Source of the DNA: Deltaproteobacteria bacterium
GTDB taxonomy: Bacteria > Myxococcota_A > UBA9042 > PHBI01 > JACKFB01
DNA length: 64,000 nucleotides
Reading direction: 5' to 3'
Assembly (NCBI GenBank): GCA_020632695.1
Contig: JACKFB010000003.1
Location: 321,061-385,060, forward strand
Positions 19,250-31,716 of the stretch are shown piece after piece. The translations under genes were made by a program, and so were the position numbers. Position 1 is the stretch's first letter; every line of letters starts with the position of its first letter. A model generated the notes under the pieces. That model worked only from the letters and a program-made list of their open reading frames with translations. It was not told the DNA's origin and searched no databases.

Positions 19250-20842
19250 CTACTCGAGCCAGCCGCCTGAGATGAGCAGGATCCACTCGGCGCTGCTGGG
19301 GTCGAAGGCGCCGACCGAGCGGGGGTAGCGGAGGACCACCGCGTCGAAGGCGTAGCCGCCTTGCCAGATGGCGGCGGGCAGGGCGGTGGTGCTGACTGTG
19401 GCCAGCGCGGCGGCGACGTCCTCGCCCGAGAGCGAGCCCTCCTGGACCAGATCGAAGCCGCGGGTGGTGCCGAAGCCGCCTGGGGCCTCGCAGCCGGTCG
19501 CCAGATCGCTGATGGGCGCCCAGGCCGTGGGCCAGGTGATGTCGCCGGTGCCGTCCCAGACGATGCTGCCACCGAAGATCGCCAGCCCCGTGTGGGCGCT
19601 GACCACGCCGACGCCGCCGAAGTCGCCCGGCGACTCGTAGAAGACCCAGGCGTCCTCGGGCGTGGGCCCGGAGAGCAGCGTGCCAGTGCCGTAGCCGGTG
19701 ACGCTCTCGGCCTCGGCGCGCGCCGCGCTCTCGTCCAGGCTCTGGTAGGGGCCGGCGACGATGGCGTAGCCGAGCGGCGCCAGGGTGTCGTGGTCCAGGC
19801 GGACCGCGACCGTGAAGGCCTGGGGCTTGGCATAGAGGGTGGCGGCCAGCGCCTGGGTGGCCTCGGCGCAGGCGGCCGAGCTGGCGTCGGTGTCGTTGGC
19901 TGTGTCGTTGGCCGTGTCGTTGGCTGTGTCCGGCGCGGCGTCGGCGCCGGTGTCCGGCCCGGCGTCCGAGGCGTCATCCGACGCGTCGGGGCAGCCGGGG
20001 ATGAAGCAGGCGTCGGTGGCGTAGCAGGCCCAGCTCCCGCCCGAGCAGGAGCAGTGGAGGCTCGGGTAGCACTTGCCGCAGCAGCACTCCTGGCCGAAAT
20101 CGCACTGCAGGCCCTCCGACGTGCAGCCGTCCTCGAAGGAGGGTGCCTTGGCCGGGCAGGTGGCGGCGTCGGGCGCGTCCGCGTCCGTGTCGGCGACGTC
20201 CGGGGCGGGATCGGGCGCGTCGGGCGCGTCGGCGGTGTCCGGCGTGTCGCCCGTGTCGAGCGCATCGGCAGTGTCGGAGCAGCCGGGGAGGAAACAGGCG
20301 TCGGTGGCGTAGCAGGCCCAGCCGCCGCCCGAGCACGAGCAGTGGAGGCTCGGGTAGCACGCGCCGCAGCAGCACTCCTGGCCGAAGTCGCACTCGAGGC
20401 CCTCGGCGCTGCAGGTGGCGTCGAAGCCGGGCTCGGTGGCCGGGCACATCGCGACGTCGGGAATCTCCGCGTCGGCGACGTCTGCGTCGGCGACATCCAC
20501 GTCGTGAGTCGCGTCCGCGTCCGGGTCCGTCGCGTCGACGACGTCGGGGCAGCCGGGGAGCAGGCAGGCGTCGGTGGCCATGCAGGCCCACTCCCCGCCG
20601 ACGCAGGTGCAGGTCTGGCTGGGGTAGCAGGCGCCGCAGCAGCACTCCTGCCCGATGTTCTTGATGGCGCCGTCGGTCGGGCACGAGTCTCCCGCGTCCA
20701 GCGAGACCTCCACGTCGCCGCCGTCGCTGAGCGTCACGACGTCGACGTCAGCGTCCGCCGGGCCCTCGTCCGTCCCGTCGCAGGAGCCGAGTGAGCCGAG
20801 TGAGACTGCGAGGACTGAGGCCACCAGGATGAAGTTCTTCAT
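19250..20842 (-). CDS. secreted lipoprotein with three 12-Cys modules
   Basis: Start at Met 6 (lipobox LGSC). Three copies of a roughly 60-80-aa module CP..P.F...C..EGL.CDFGQECCCG.CYPS..C.C.GG.WAC.ATDAC..PGC separated by D/A/P/T linkers. Cys-free C-terminal domain of about 200 aa. Confidence 0.7.
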   Translation of the reverse strand: MKNFILVASVLAVSLGSLGSCDGTDEGPADADVDVVTLSDGGDVEVSLDAGDSCPTDGAIKNIGQECCCGACYPSQTCTCVGGEWACMATDACLLPGCPDVVDATDPDADATHDVDVADADVADAEIPDVAMCPATEPGFDATCSAEGLECDFGQECCCGACYPSLHCSCSGGGWACYATDACFLPGCSDTADALDTGDTPDTADAPDAPDPAPDVADTDADAPDAATCPAKAPSFEDGCTSEGLQCDFGQECCCGKCYPSLHCSCSGGSWACYATDACFIPGCPDASDDASDAGPDTGADAAPDTANDTANDTANDTDASSAACAEATQALAATLYAKPQAFTVAVRLDHDTLAPLGYAIVAGPYQSLDESAARAEAESVTGYGTGTLLSGPTPEDAWVFYESPGDFGGVGVVSAHTGLAIFGGSIVWDGTGDITWPTAWAPISDLATGCEAPGGFGTTRGFDLVQEGSLSGEDVAAALATVSTTALPAAIWQGGYAFDAVVLRYPRSVGAFDPSSAEWILLISGGWLE

Positions 20843-20953
20843 GCGCCCATGATACACCCCCAGGGACGCCCGGGGCCACGCGTGAGCCGGTGCGACTCGA
20901 CTGCGGCGAGGCGTTGCCCGACGTCCTCGCCGGTGGGGAGGCTTGCGTCTACC

Positions 20954-22741
20954 TCAATCCGTCGGAAACGGCGTCGGGTAGTCCGGCGTGATCTTCGGGC
21001 CGCCGTCGGTACCAGTGGTGGGGGTGACCTCGCCGCTGGGCCAGTGCAGCGTGCCGACGTCCCACAGCTCGCGGTCTTCCAGCGTCACGCCGTTGAGCTC
21101 CGCCTGCAGCGCTCCGTGGACGTAGACGCGCACGGTCGCGGTGGAGGGCCCGAAGTCGTGGTCGCTCCAGTAGTGGACACCGAGCCGATAGTTCTTCCCC
21201 TCTTCGGGCTGTGCCAGGTTGATGATCTCGGGTCCGGCGCCGTCGGTGTCGTCGCGGTCGACGTGCGGGTTGTCATCGATAGCCGGGTCGAGGTCTCCCC
21301 AGTTCGGATCCGCGTTGTACCAGTAGGAGTCGTGAGGCATGCCGAACCACGGTTCGGTGCCGGCCGTCGGGTCGAGACGATCGGGCGCCGACAGCGCGAA
21401 GTGCAGATCCAGGTCAGCGCCGGCCTCGGGGCCCTCGTCGCTCTGGTCGGGGTCGCCCGGCGTGTCCCAGAGCAGCTCGATGTGCACGGCGGCGTCGGGG
21501 GTGACCTGGACCTGGGCGACCGCGTCCCCGCAAGACGGGTTGTCCTGTGCGTCGAAGACCCGCAAACGAACGAGGTACTCGCCCGCCACGTTGGCCTCGA
21601 AGGTAGGTTGGGGGGCCCGGAAGGACGGCAGGAACCCGGAGACCGAGCCGTCCGGCTGTTCGACGCTCCACTCGAATCGCTTCAAGGAGCTGCCCACTGG
21701 GATGCTTTGGAGTCCGTCGAGGTGCAGCCGGGTCTGGGGCGGGACCTCCGCGCCTTCTTGTATCCGGATGACCGCGATCGGGCACTCCGATGCCACGCCG
21801 AAGCCGCGGAGCGGCACATCGCGATTGGCGATACCGGCGTCGGTCACCACCCTCAGCGTTCCCAGATCCGGTACGAGCTCGCCCGTGGCGTCGGTGGCGC
21901 TCAGGGTGGTGGGCTGGTAGCGGACCACCACCACGCCCGACACGCCGGGCGCCAGGACGACGGGCGCCTCGGCGCTCGGTGCAGCCCCTCCGCCGGGCGT
22001 GAGCCCTGCGGCATCGACGGAGAACCCGGGCGCCGCGCCGGGCAGCAGGCTCACGCTCGAGATGGTCAGCGGCAGGTCCTCGCTGCAGTTCGAGAGCTCG
22101 AGCTCCCGCTCGACCTGCGTCCCCACCACCGCGCCGCCGAGTTCGAGCGACGCCGGCGAGAGGGTGATGCACGGTCCGCCCAGGTTGCCGCGCAGCTCGA
22201 CCACCCCCTCGGGATCGCCCGATGAGCCCGCGGTCAGGAACCGCAGCGTCCCCTGCGCGCCGTCCGGCGTGTGCGGATGGAACCCGACGCGAAATTCGTC
22301 GGTGGACTCCCCCGGCGCGAGGGCTACCGGCAGGTGCAGTTCGACCGGCTTCGCGGTGGTAGGGCTGGCGTTGCGCTCGGTCCGCGCTCCGTCGGTGTCC
22401 ACGCGGATGAGCGTGAAAGCGCTGCTGCCAGTGAGCGTGTAGCTGGTGACCGTTATCGGCTGGCCGCCCGCATTGCGCAGCACCAGCGGCACCTCGGACG
22501 CGCTCTCGGGTGCGAGGAAGCCGAAATCCACCGGGTTCGGGGAGACCACCAGCAGCCCGGGCCCGACCGCGTCGTCTGCGGCATCGGTCCCGTCGGGCAC
22601 GTCCGCGGCTTCCGCGACATCCGAGGCGTCTGCCTCAGCGTCCCCGCCGCTGCAACCGACGCCCAGCCACACGCAGGCGCAGAGCCCCAGCGCGAGCCGC
22701 TGAGCTCTGCCCCGACCGCCCGATCGCTGCCTGCCGTGCAT
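20954..22741 (-). CDS. secreted lipoprotein with repeated beta-sandwich-like domains
   Basis: Start at Met 25 of ORF 20954..22813 (lipobox VGCSGG). Acidic linker then several roughly 100-aa beta-rich segments. No catalytic motif recognised. Confidence 0.65.
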   Translation of the reverse strand: MHGRQRSGGRGRAQRLALGLCACVWLGVGCSGGDAEADASDVAEAADVPDGTDAADDAVGPGLLVVSPNPVDFGFLAPESASEVPLVLRNAGGQPITVTSYTLTGSSAFTLIRVDTDGARTERNASPTTAKPVELHLPVALAPGESTDEFRVGFHPHTPDGAQGTLRFLTAGSSGDPEGVVELRGNLGGPCITLSPASLELGGAVVGTQVERELELSNCSEDLPLTISSVSLLPGAAPGFSVDAAGLTPGGGAAPSAEAPVVLAPGVSGVVVVRYQPTTLSATDATGELVPDLGTLRVVTDAGIANRDVPLRGFGVASECPIAVIRIQEGAEVPPQTRLHLDGLQSIPVGSSLKRFEWSVEQPDGSVSGFLPSFRAPQPTFEANVAGEYLVRLRVFDAQDNPSCGDAVAQVQVTPDAAVHIELLWDTPGDPDQSDEGPEAGADLDLHFALSAPDRLDPTAGTEPWFGMPHDSYWYNADPNWGDLDPAIDDNPHVDRDDTDGAGPEIINLAQPEEGKNYRLGVHYWSDHDFGPSTATVRVYVHGALQAELNGVTLEDRELWDVGTLHWPSGEVTPTTGTDGGPKITPDYPTPFPTD

Positions 22742-22873
22742 CTCCACTCCCGCGAGCGCTTCGTCCGCGCGCCGCCGCGGCGCGGTGGACGAGCGCAACC
22801 CGCAGTGTAGCACCCTGGGCAGCGGGCTCCACGGTGTCGGGCGCGCGGCCCGACACCGTGGAGGGTCGCCGAC

Positions 22874-24232
22874 CTACTGCTCGCACTCGCAGACGGACAT
22901 CTTGCCCTGCACGGTGGTCCACCACTGGCCCGTCCAGCGGGCCGGCGCGGCGCACACCTTCGGGCACTTCTTCTTCGCGTCGCCCTGGTTCCAGATGGGC
23001 CCCGCCTCGACGGCCTGCTTCACCGGCACCGGCGTCACGCACTCGCAGACCGACATCTTGCCGGCCACCGTCGTCCACCACTGCCCGTTCCACTTCGAGG
23101 GCGCCGTGCAGACCTTCGGGCACTTCTTCTTCGCGTCGCCCTGGTTCCAGATGGGGCCGGCCTTCCGCGCCTCCTTCGTCTCGGCCGGCGCGGGCTGCGG
23201 CGGAGCCTCGACGACCACCGGCGGCGGCTCGGGCTCGGGCTCGGGCGTGACGACGACCACCGGCGGCGGCGCCCCCACCTCGCACTCACACACCGACATC
23301 TTGCCCTGCACGGTGGTCCACCACTGCCCGGTCCAGCGCGCCGGACCGCGGCACACCCTCGGGCACTTCTTCTTGGCGTCGCCCTGGTTCCAGATGGGCC
23401 CGGCTTCGCGCGCCTCCTTGAAGACGACCGGCGTCGCGCACTCGCACACCGACATCTTGCCCTGGACCGTGGTCCACCACTGGCCGGTCCACCGCGACGG
23501 CGCGCTGCACACGCTCGGGCACTTCTTCTGGGCGTCGCCCTGGTTCCAGATGGGGCCCGCCTCGCGCGCCTCCTTCGTCTCCGCCGGGGCCGCCGAGACC
23601 GGAGCGGGCGCGGGCTCCTCGGCCGCCTCGCTGATGCGCCAGAGCTGGTTCCGGTTGCCCGACGCCTTCTTCGGGTACGCGATGATGCGCGCCAGCGGCT
23701 CGGGGCTGCCGCCGTCGATGTCGAGGACGAAGCCGTTGAGCTTGCTCTCGATGAAGAACCAGCCGGGGACCGGCGAGCGCACCCGGCGCCAGAGCTGGTT
23801 GTCGGTGCCCTCCGCCTTCTTCGGGTAGGCGATGATGCCGGTGGCCGGCGCGGGGTTGGCGCCGTCGATGTCGAGGACGAAGCCATTGAGCTTGCTCTCG
23901 ATGAAGAACCAGCCGCGCTGGGGCGCCGGCACCATGCGCCAGAGCTGGTTGTCGGCGCCCTCGGCCTTCTTCGGGTAGGAGATGACGTGCGCGGCCGGCG
24001 CGTTGCTGCCGCCCTCGATGTCCATCACGAAGCCGTTGAGGCGGCTCTCGATGTAGCCGAAGTCGCCGCGATCGCCGTGCGGGGCGCGGCGCGCCTGAGC
24101 CGTGCCCGCCGATGCGGTGACGGCGAGGGCGACGGTCAGCGCGAGACCTCGCAGCCTGAGCGCCGGAGGCCGGGCGCTGCGCGGGTCGGGCGGCGGGGCG
24201 GCGACGGGAAGACGGGGCGGTGTGGTGATCAT
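22874..24232 (-). CDS. secreted lectin-like protein: three ricin-B (QxW) repeats plus four small 4-Cys lectin-like repeats
   Basis: Signal peptide. Three beta-trefoil-type LNGFVLDIDG...AYPKK...DNQLWR repeats. Then four copies of AGPIWNQGDAKKKCP.VC..P.RWTGQWWTTV.GKMSVCEC, resembling the family NCBI names mannan-binding family protein. Confidence 0.7.
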   Translation of the reverse strand: MITTPPRLPVAAPPPDPRSARPPALRLRGLALTVALAVTASAGTAQARRAPHGDRGDFGYIESRLNGFVMDIEGGSNAPAAHVISYPKKAEGADNQLWRMVPAPQRGWFFIESKLNGFVLDIDGANPAPATGIIAYPKKAEGTDNQLWRRVRSPVPGWFFIESKLNGFVLDIDGGSPEPLARIIAYPKKASGNRNQLWRISEAAEEPAPAPVSAAPAETKEAREAGPIWNQGDAQKKCPSVCSAPSRWTGQWWTTVQGKMSVCECATPVVFKEAREAGPIWNQGDAKKKCPRVCRGPARWTGQWWTTVQGKMSVCECEVGAPPPVVVVTPEPEPEPPPVVVEAPPQPAPAETKEARKAGPIWNQGDAKKKCPKVCTAPSKWNGQWWTTVAGKMSVCECVTPVPVKQAVEAGPIWNQGDAKKKCPKVCAAPARWTGQWWTTVQGKMSVCECEQ

Positions 24233-24365
24233 GGCGACTCCTCGGGGGCGGACCGCCGGCAAGCCTCGACGAGGGCGCCGCCACCCATACCGGCGGGCAG
24301 CGGCGGGTCGTCGACCGGCGATGTCGGGAACGAGGCGGCGACGCTACACCAGCCGAGGAATTCAA

Positions 24366-25028
24366 TCACTCGGCGGCGGACCCGGCGGCGGCGGGGAGTG
24401 CTCCCAGCGGGAAGCGGCCGGCGGGTCGCCAGCGAGCATCGCCCGAGCCGCGGATGTCCACGGTCCAGAGGAAGCGCCCGGGGCCGGTACGGCGCAGCAC
24501 GGCGCGGCGGGTCGAGGCCTCGGGGCCCGGCGCGTAGAGGGTGACTGCCAGGGGCCGGGTGCGCACCGAGGCGCCGGCGCCGGTCGACGGGTCGAGGCCG
24601 CTGGCCAGCGCTTCGGCGGTGAAGCCCGGCGGGAGGGCGCGCGCGGCGCGCAGCAGCTCGCTCATGGCCAGGCGGTCGATCCAGGCGGCGTCGGCGACGC
24701 CGGAGCGCTCCAGCCAGGCGGCCAGGTCGGCGCCGCCTCGCAGCTCGGTGACGGCCCCGCCGGAGTAGATGAAGCGATGGGTCTCGACGGCCGCGGCGCC
24801 GGGCAATAGAAGGGTCACGCGCCAGAAACCGGGCAGCAGCTCCTGGCACGAGGCGAGCTCGGCGGCGGGGCGGCCCAGGCGCGAGGCCGCCGCGCGGCAG
24901 TCGAAGGCTCCCGGCGCCGGCTCGGGTGTTGAGGCGGACTGGCGCGGACAGCGCGCGATCGCCGTGGTCGCGCCGAAGGTCAGCGCCGTCGCGAGGGCCG
25001 GGGCCAGCAGGAATCCGATGGAGCGCAT
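24366..25028 (-). CDS. hypothetical secreted protein
   Basis: Start at Met 99 of ORF 24366..25322, giving a signal peptide MRSIGFLLAPALATALTFGATTAIA. No recognisable domain. Confidence 0.5.
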   Translation of the reverse strand: MRSIGFLLAPALATALTFGATTAIARCPRQSASTPEPAPGAFDCRAAASRLGRPAAELASCQELLPGFWRVTLLLPGAAAVETHRFIYSGGAVTELRGGADLAAWLERSGVADAAWIDRLAMSELLRAARALPPGFTAEALASGLDPSTGAGASVRTRPLAVTLYAPGPEASTRRAVLRRTGPGRFLWTVDIRGSGDARWRPAGRFPLGALPAAAGSAAE

Positions 25029-25191
25029 GGGACTCTGCGTGTAGCATCTCGGGCCGCTCCCCGCCCATCCCGTCGTTGACAAGCGCGCCTCAGCCGCTAC
25101 AGTTGGCGATAGCGGACCTCTGGGGTCCGGTTTCGCTCCGGCGCCCGCCCCCACAGGGCGCGCACCCCCGGAGTGACGAGGCAGGACGACC

Positions 25192-26637
<1,446 letters not shown>

Positions 26638-26720
26638 GCTCGGCCCCTGCGCGCCGCGTCACCGCCGTCGCGAGCGGGCTCGCTCGCCATCTCGACGGAA
26701 ACCAAGTCGGAGTCCTGCTG

Positions 26721-27473
<753 letters not shown>

Positions 27474-27489
27474 TGCGCGGGGGCGGCCG

Positions 27490-28833
27490 ATGAACGCGAT
27501 GCACCTCATGGCGGCGGAGCTGGCCGGGGCCAGCGGGCGCGCCGGTGAGCCGGACTGGCTGCGCGAGCGGCGCGGCGAGGGGCGGGCGCGCTTCGAGGCG
27601 CTGGGGTGGCCGACGCGCGCCGACGAGGCGTGGCGCTATGTGAAGATGCGTGAGCTGGTGCGCTGGGGCGAGGCCTCGGCGCCGCCGCCGGACGCCGCCG
27701 CGGTGGAGCGGGCGATGGCCCGGGCGGGTACGGCGCTCGACGGCGTGGCGGCGCGCGTGGTGATGGTCGACGGGGTGGTGCGGGCCGAGGCCACGACGCG
27801 CGACGGGTCGGCGCCCGAGGTGTCGGTGCTGCCGCTGGGCGAGGCGCTGAGCGTGGTCGGGGACCACCTGCGGTCGAGCCTTGGAAGGATCGCGAGCCTG
27901 ACGGGCGACGGCGTGGCGGCGCTGGCGCTGGCCGAGCTGGGCGACGCGCTGGTGGTGCACGTGCCGCGGGGCGCTGCGCTGTCGGGGGCGCTGGAGATCG
28001 TGCACGTGGCGACCGGCGGCGAGGCCGGGCTGCGCTTCCCCCGGGTCTTCGTGGCCGTGGACGCCACCGGGGAGCTGACCCTCATCGAGCGCTTCATCGG
28101 CGTGCCCGAGGAGGCGGGCTTCACCGCCGCGACGACCGAGATCCTGGTCGGCGGCGACGCGACGGTGCGCCACGTGCGCCTGGTCGACCTGCCCGAGGCG
28201 GCCCTGCACAACGGGCACGTGGGCGTGCGCGTGGGGCGCGGCGGCAGCTTCACCTCGTACGTGCTGTCGCTGGGCGGGCGGCTGGGGCGCACCGAGCTGA
28301 CCGTCGACCTGGCCGAGCCGGGCGCGAGCTGCCAGCTCGACGGCCTGTACGTGGCGTCGGGGGACAGCCACTTCGACCACGCGACCACCATCGCGCACAC
28401 GTCGCCGCACACCACCAGCGGGGAGACCTACAAGGGCGTCATCGGCGACGCGGCGACGGGGACCTTCTTCGGGCGCGTGCTGATCCGCGAGGGCGCGGTG
28501 AAGAGCGACACGCGCCAGCTCAACCACAACCTGCTGCTCTCGACCGAGGCGCGGGTGCACACGCGTCCGCAGCTCGAGATCGACAACGACGACGTCAAGG
28601 CGGCGCACGGCTCGACCGTGGGGCAGCTCGACGAGATGGCTGTCTTCTACCTGCGCTCGCGGGGGATCGACGAGCGCAGCGCGCGGGGGCTCCTGACCTG
28701 GGCCTTCGCCGAGGAGATGGTCGTGCGGCTGCCCGTGCCGGCGCTGGTGCGCGAGCTGGGCCGCGTGCTGGCGGCGCGCCTGGCCAGCGACGCGTCGCCC
28801 GTGGCGGCCGCGGCGATCGAGGAGGCCCTGTGA
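27490..28833 (+). CDS. sufD: Fe-S cluster assembly protein SufD
   Basis: 447 aa. C-terminal SufBD beta-helix region conserved. Position after sufC. Confidence 0.9.
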   Translation: MNAMHLMAAELAGASGRAGEPDWLRERRGEGRARFEALGWPTRADEAWRYVKMRELVRWGEASAPPPDAAAVERAMARAGTALDGVAARVVMVDGVVRAEATTRDGSAPEVSVLPLGEALSVVGDHLRSSLGRIASLTGDGVAALALAELGDALVVHVPRGAALSGALEIVHVATGGEAGLRFPRVFVAVDATGELTLIERFIGVPEEAGFTAATTEILVGGDATVRHVRLVDLPEAALHNGHVGVRVGRGGSFTSYVLSLGGRLGRTELTVDLAEPGASCQLDGLYVASGDSHFDHATTIAHTSPHTTSGETYKGVIGDAATGTFFGRVLIREGAVKSDTRQLNHNLLLSTEARVHTRPQLEIDNDDVKAAHGSTVGQLDEMAVFYLRSRGIDERSARGLLTWAFAEEMVVRLPVPALVRELGRVLAARLASDASPVAAAAIEEAL

Positions 28834-30089
28834 TCGAGGCCCCGCGAGACGACCGCGAGGCGGCGGCGCTGGCCTACGACGTGGCTCTGGTGCGCGCCGA
28901 CTTCCCGGGCCTGAACCAGCAGATCCACGACAAGCCGCTCTGCTATCTGGACAACGCGGCGACGGCTCAGAAGCCGCAGGCGGTCCTGGACGCCATCGCC
29001 CACGCCTACACCTGGGACTGCGCCAACGTGCACCGCGGCGTGCACGTGCTCTCGGTGCGGGCCACCCAGGCCCAGGAGGCCGCGCGCGAGTCGGCGCGGC
29101 GCTTCCTCGGCGCCGGCCACGCAGACGAGGTGCTCTTCACCGGCGGCACGACGGCCGGCATCAACCTGGTCGCGCAGACCTGGGGCCGGGCGAATCTCGG
29201 CGCTGGCGACGAGATCCTCATCACCTGGATGGAGCACCACTCGAACATCGTGCCGTGGCAGCTCCTGTGCCAGCAGACCGGCGCGCGGCTGGTGGTGGCC
29301 GAGGTGGACGACGAGGGTCGGCTCCGCCTCGACGACTTCGAGCGCAAGCTGAGCCCGCGCACGAAGCTGGTCTCGGTGGTGCACATCTCGAACGCCCTGG
29401 GGACCATCAACCCGGTGGCCGAGATCGTCGCGATGGCGCAGGCCGTCGGCGCGCGGGTGCTGGTCGACGGGGCGCAATCGGCGCCTCACGGCGGCGTCGA
29501 CGTGCGGGCGCTGGGGTGTGACTTCTTCGCCTGCTCGGGCCACAAGATCTACGGGCCGACCGGCATCGGGCTGCTCTACGGCAAGGCTGAGCTGCTGGCC
29601 GAGATGCCGCCCTGGATGGGCGGCGGCGACATGATCGAGACGGTGAGCTTCGAGGGGACCACCTTCGCCAGGCCGCCGGCGCGCTTCGAGGCCGGGACGC
29701 CCCACATCGCCGGGGCCATCGGGCTGGGCGCGGCGTTGGAGTATGTGATGGCGCGCGGACCGCAGGCGATCGCCGCCCACGAGCGGGCGCTGCACGCCTA
29801 CGGCGTCGACGCGCTGGGCGAGGTGCCCGGGCTGCGCCTCATCGGCCCCCGGACCGACAACGGCGGCGTGCTGTCCTTCGTGCTGGACGGCGTGCACCCC
29901 CACGACGCCGGCACCGTGCTGGACCACGAGGGCATCGCCGTGCGCGTCGGGCACCACTGCACGCAGCCGCTCATGAAGCGCTTCGGCGTTCCGGCGACCA
30001 TCCGCGCCAGCCTGGCGATGTACAGCACGCGCGACGACGTCGACCGGCTGGCCCAGGGCCTGCGCAAGGTCGTCGAGTTCTTCGCGTAG
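28830..30089 (+). CDS. sufS: cysteine desulfurase SufS
   Basis: 419 aa. PLP-lysine motif SGHK. Class II desulfurase architecture. Overlaps the sufD stop. Confidence 0.95.
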   Translation: MIEAPRDDREAAALAYDVALVRADFPGLNQQIHDKPLCYLDNAATAQKPQAVLDAIAHAYTWDCANVHRGVHVLSVRATQAQEAARESARRFLGAGHADEVLFTGGTTAGINLVAQTWGRANLGAGDEILITWMEHHSNIVPWQLLCQQTGARLVVAEVDDEGRLRLDDFERKLSPRTKLVSVVHISNALGTINPVAEIVAMAQAVGARVLVDGAQSAPHGGVDVRALGCDFFACSGHKIYGPTGIGLLYGKAELLAEMPPWMGGGDMIETVSFEGTTFARPPARFEAGTPHIAGAIGLGAALEYVMARGPQAIAAHERALHAYGVDALGEVPGLRLIGPRTDNGGVLSFVLDGVHPHDAGTVLDHEGIAVRVGHHCTQPLMKRFGVPATIRASLAMYSTRDDVDRLAQGLRKVVEFFA

Positions 30090-30692
30090 ATGACCGGCGT
30101 GGCGCGCGCCTGCTGCCTGCTCGCGCTGTGGGCGCTGGGCGCCTGCGGGACCGACGCCGCCGCTGGAGCCGACGCCCGGACGGACGCTCTCACCGACGCC
30201 CTGACCGAGGTGGCGCCTGACGCCGAGGCGTCGACCGCGACCCCGCTCTGTCAGCCGGTCCCCTACGACGGCGCCGCCACCGAGGCGTGCACCTTCTACG
30301 CCTGCGCCGACGCGCTCATCGCCGGCGGCACCTGCGCGCCCACCGACTACGTGATGGGCTTCGCCTGCAAGTACGCCGACCGCTACCTCTCCCAGGTGCA
30401 CCCCGAGCTCAGCCCCGCCGGCCAGGCCTTCCTCGAGGGCGTCTTCGTCTGCCTCCAGGAAGCCCTCGTGCCCTTCGTGGCCGACGCGGCCGCCGCCCAG
30501 GCCGCCACCTGCCCGGCCGTCGCCGAGGCCGGCTTCGGCGCCCACGTCCCCTGCTACCTGCAGAACGGCTTCTGTGACCTGCCGACCGCCGACATCGCCA
30601 GCATCGCCCTCGCCATCGACCAGCCCGACCTGGAAAACCCCCTCCAACAGTCCGCCACCGCCGAGATCCTGACCCTCTGCTCGGAGCGCTAG
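30090..30692 (+). CDS. hypothetical Cys-rich lipoprotein (inside suf cluster)
   Basis: Lipobox LGAC. About 12 Cys. No recognisable domain. ATG abuts the sufS stop. Confidence 0.55.
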   Translation: MTGVARACCLLALWALGACGTDAAAGADARTDALTDALTEVAPDAEASTATPLCQPVPYDGAATEACTFYACADALIAGGTCAPTDYVMGFACKYADRYLSQVHPELSPAGQAFLEGVFVCLQEALVPFVADAAAAQAATCPAVAEAGFGAHVPCYLQNGFCDLPTADIASIALAIDQPDLENPLQQSATAEILTLCSER

Positions 30693-30856
30693 GGGCGTGT
30701 AGCGGATGAGGGATTCAGGTGGATCCGAGGAGCTTTCGAGGCGATTCGGCGGGGCGTGGCGAAGCGAAGCCGTTTCCAGAACCCGAGGCAAACCAAGGGG
30801 TTTGCCGCAGCGGTCGTGGGACGCCGGGGTGCCCGAGAGCGCCCGAAGCCGACGAA

Positions 30857-31621
30857 TCATCCATCCGCCATACGCTCCTGGACGGGCAGCAGCGGGAAGG
30901 TGTGGCGGCAGAGGTGGCCGCGGGCGTCGGTGGGGAACCAGGCGGCGGCGTCGGGGGTGGGGAGGCGCTCGGGGACGAGGCGGCAGGCGGCGTCGAAGAG
31001 GTGGGTGACGAGGGTGCGGCGGGGCGCTGCGCTGCTGTTGGCGTGGCTGCCGTGGGCGGTGAGGCAGAGGTGTATCGAGACGTCGCCGGGGGCGAGCTCC
31101 AGGGTGCGGACGGTGCCTCGGGCGGCCTCGCGGGCGAGGGCGGCATCCTCCTCGGGGTGGAGCGTGTCGCCGAGCAGCGGTCGGGCGCCGCTCGCCGCGT
31201 GGCGGTGGCTGCCCTCGAGGACGCGGAGGGCCCCGCTGGCGAGCGTCTCGTGGTCAAGCGCCAGGCGCACCGAGAGCGCGCGGGGGGCGTCCAGGAAGGC
31301 CAGATGGGTGTAGTCCCGGTGCCAGGCGATCTCTGAGCCCTGGCGGCCCGGTGGCTTGAGCACCAGCGCGTCCTGCAGGAGCTGGACCTCGGCCGCATCC
31401 AAGGCCTCACGCGCGATGGCCCCCAGCGCCGCCGAGCAGGTCCAGGCGGCGACCGCGGGGCTGTGCAGCCGCGGCGCCGGTCGCTGCAGCACGCCCGCTG
31501 GTCCCGATGCCGGGTCGAGCAGCGCGTCGAAGGCCTGGCGCAGCGCCGCCACGCTCCGGGGCGTCGCCGCGCCCCGGATGATGGCCCACCCGCGCTCTGG
31601 CAGTCGCTGCATGCGGGCCAC
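30857..31621 (-). CDS. phytanoyl-CoA dioxygenase (PhyH) family protein
   Basis: WHRDY...H.D 2-His-1-carboxylate style motif (AWHRDYTHLAFLD) and a PhyH-like fold signature. Confidence 0.65.
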   Translation of the reverse strand: MARMQRLPERGWAIIRGAATPRSVAALRQAFDALLDPASGPAGVLQRPAPRLHSPAVAAWTCSAALGAIAREALDAAEVQLLQDALVLKPPGRQGSEIAWHRDYTHLAFLDAPRALSVRLALDHETLASGALRVLEGSHRHAASGARPLLGDTLHPEEDAALAREAARGTVRTLELAPGDVSIHLCLTAHGSHANSSAAPRRTLVTHLFDAACRLVPERLPTPDAAAWFPTDARGHLCRHTFPLLPVQERMADG

Positions 31622-31716
31622 TCTACCCGCAGGCGCCCCCGGCGCACACGGGACCTCGACACGGGCGGCCCGCGGTGCGCATCATCCGCGCGCCTGCCCG
31701 GGCGCCCGAGGAGACG

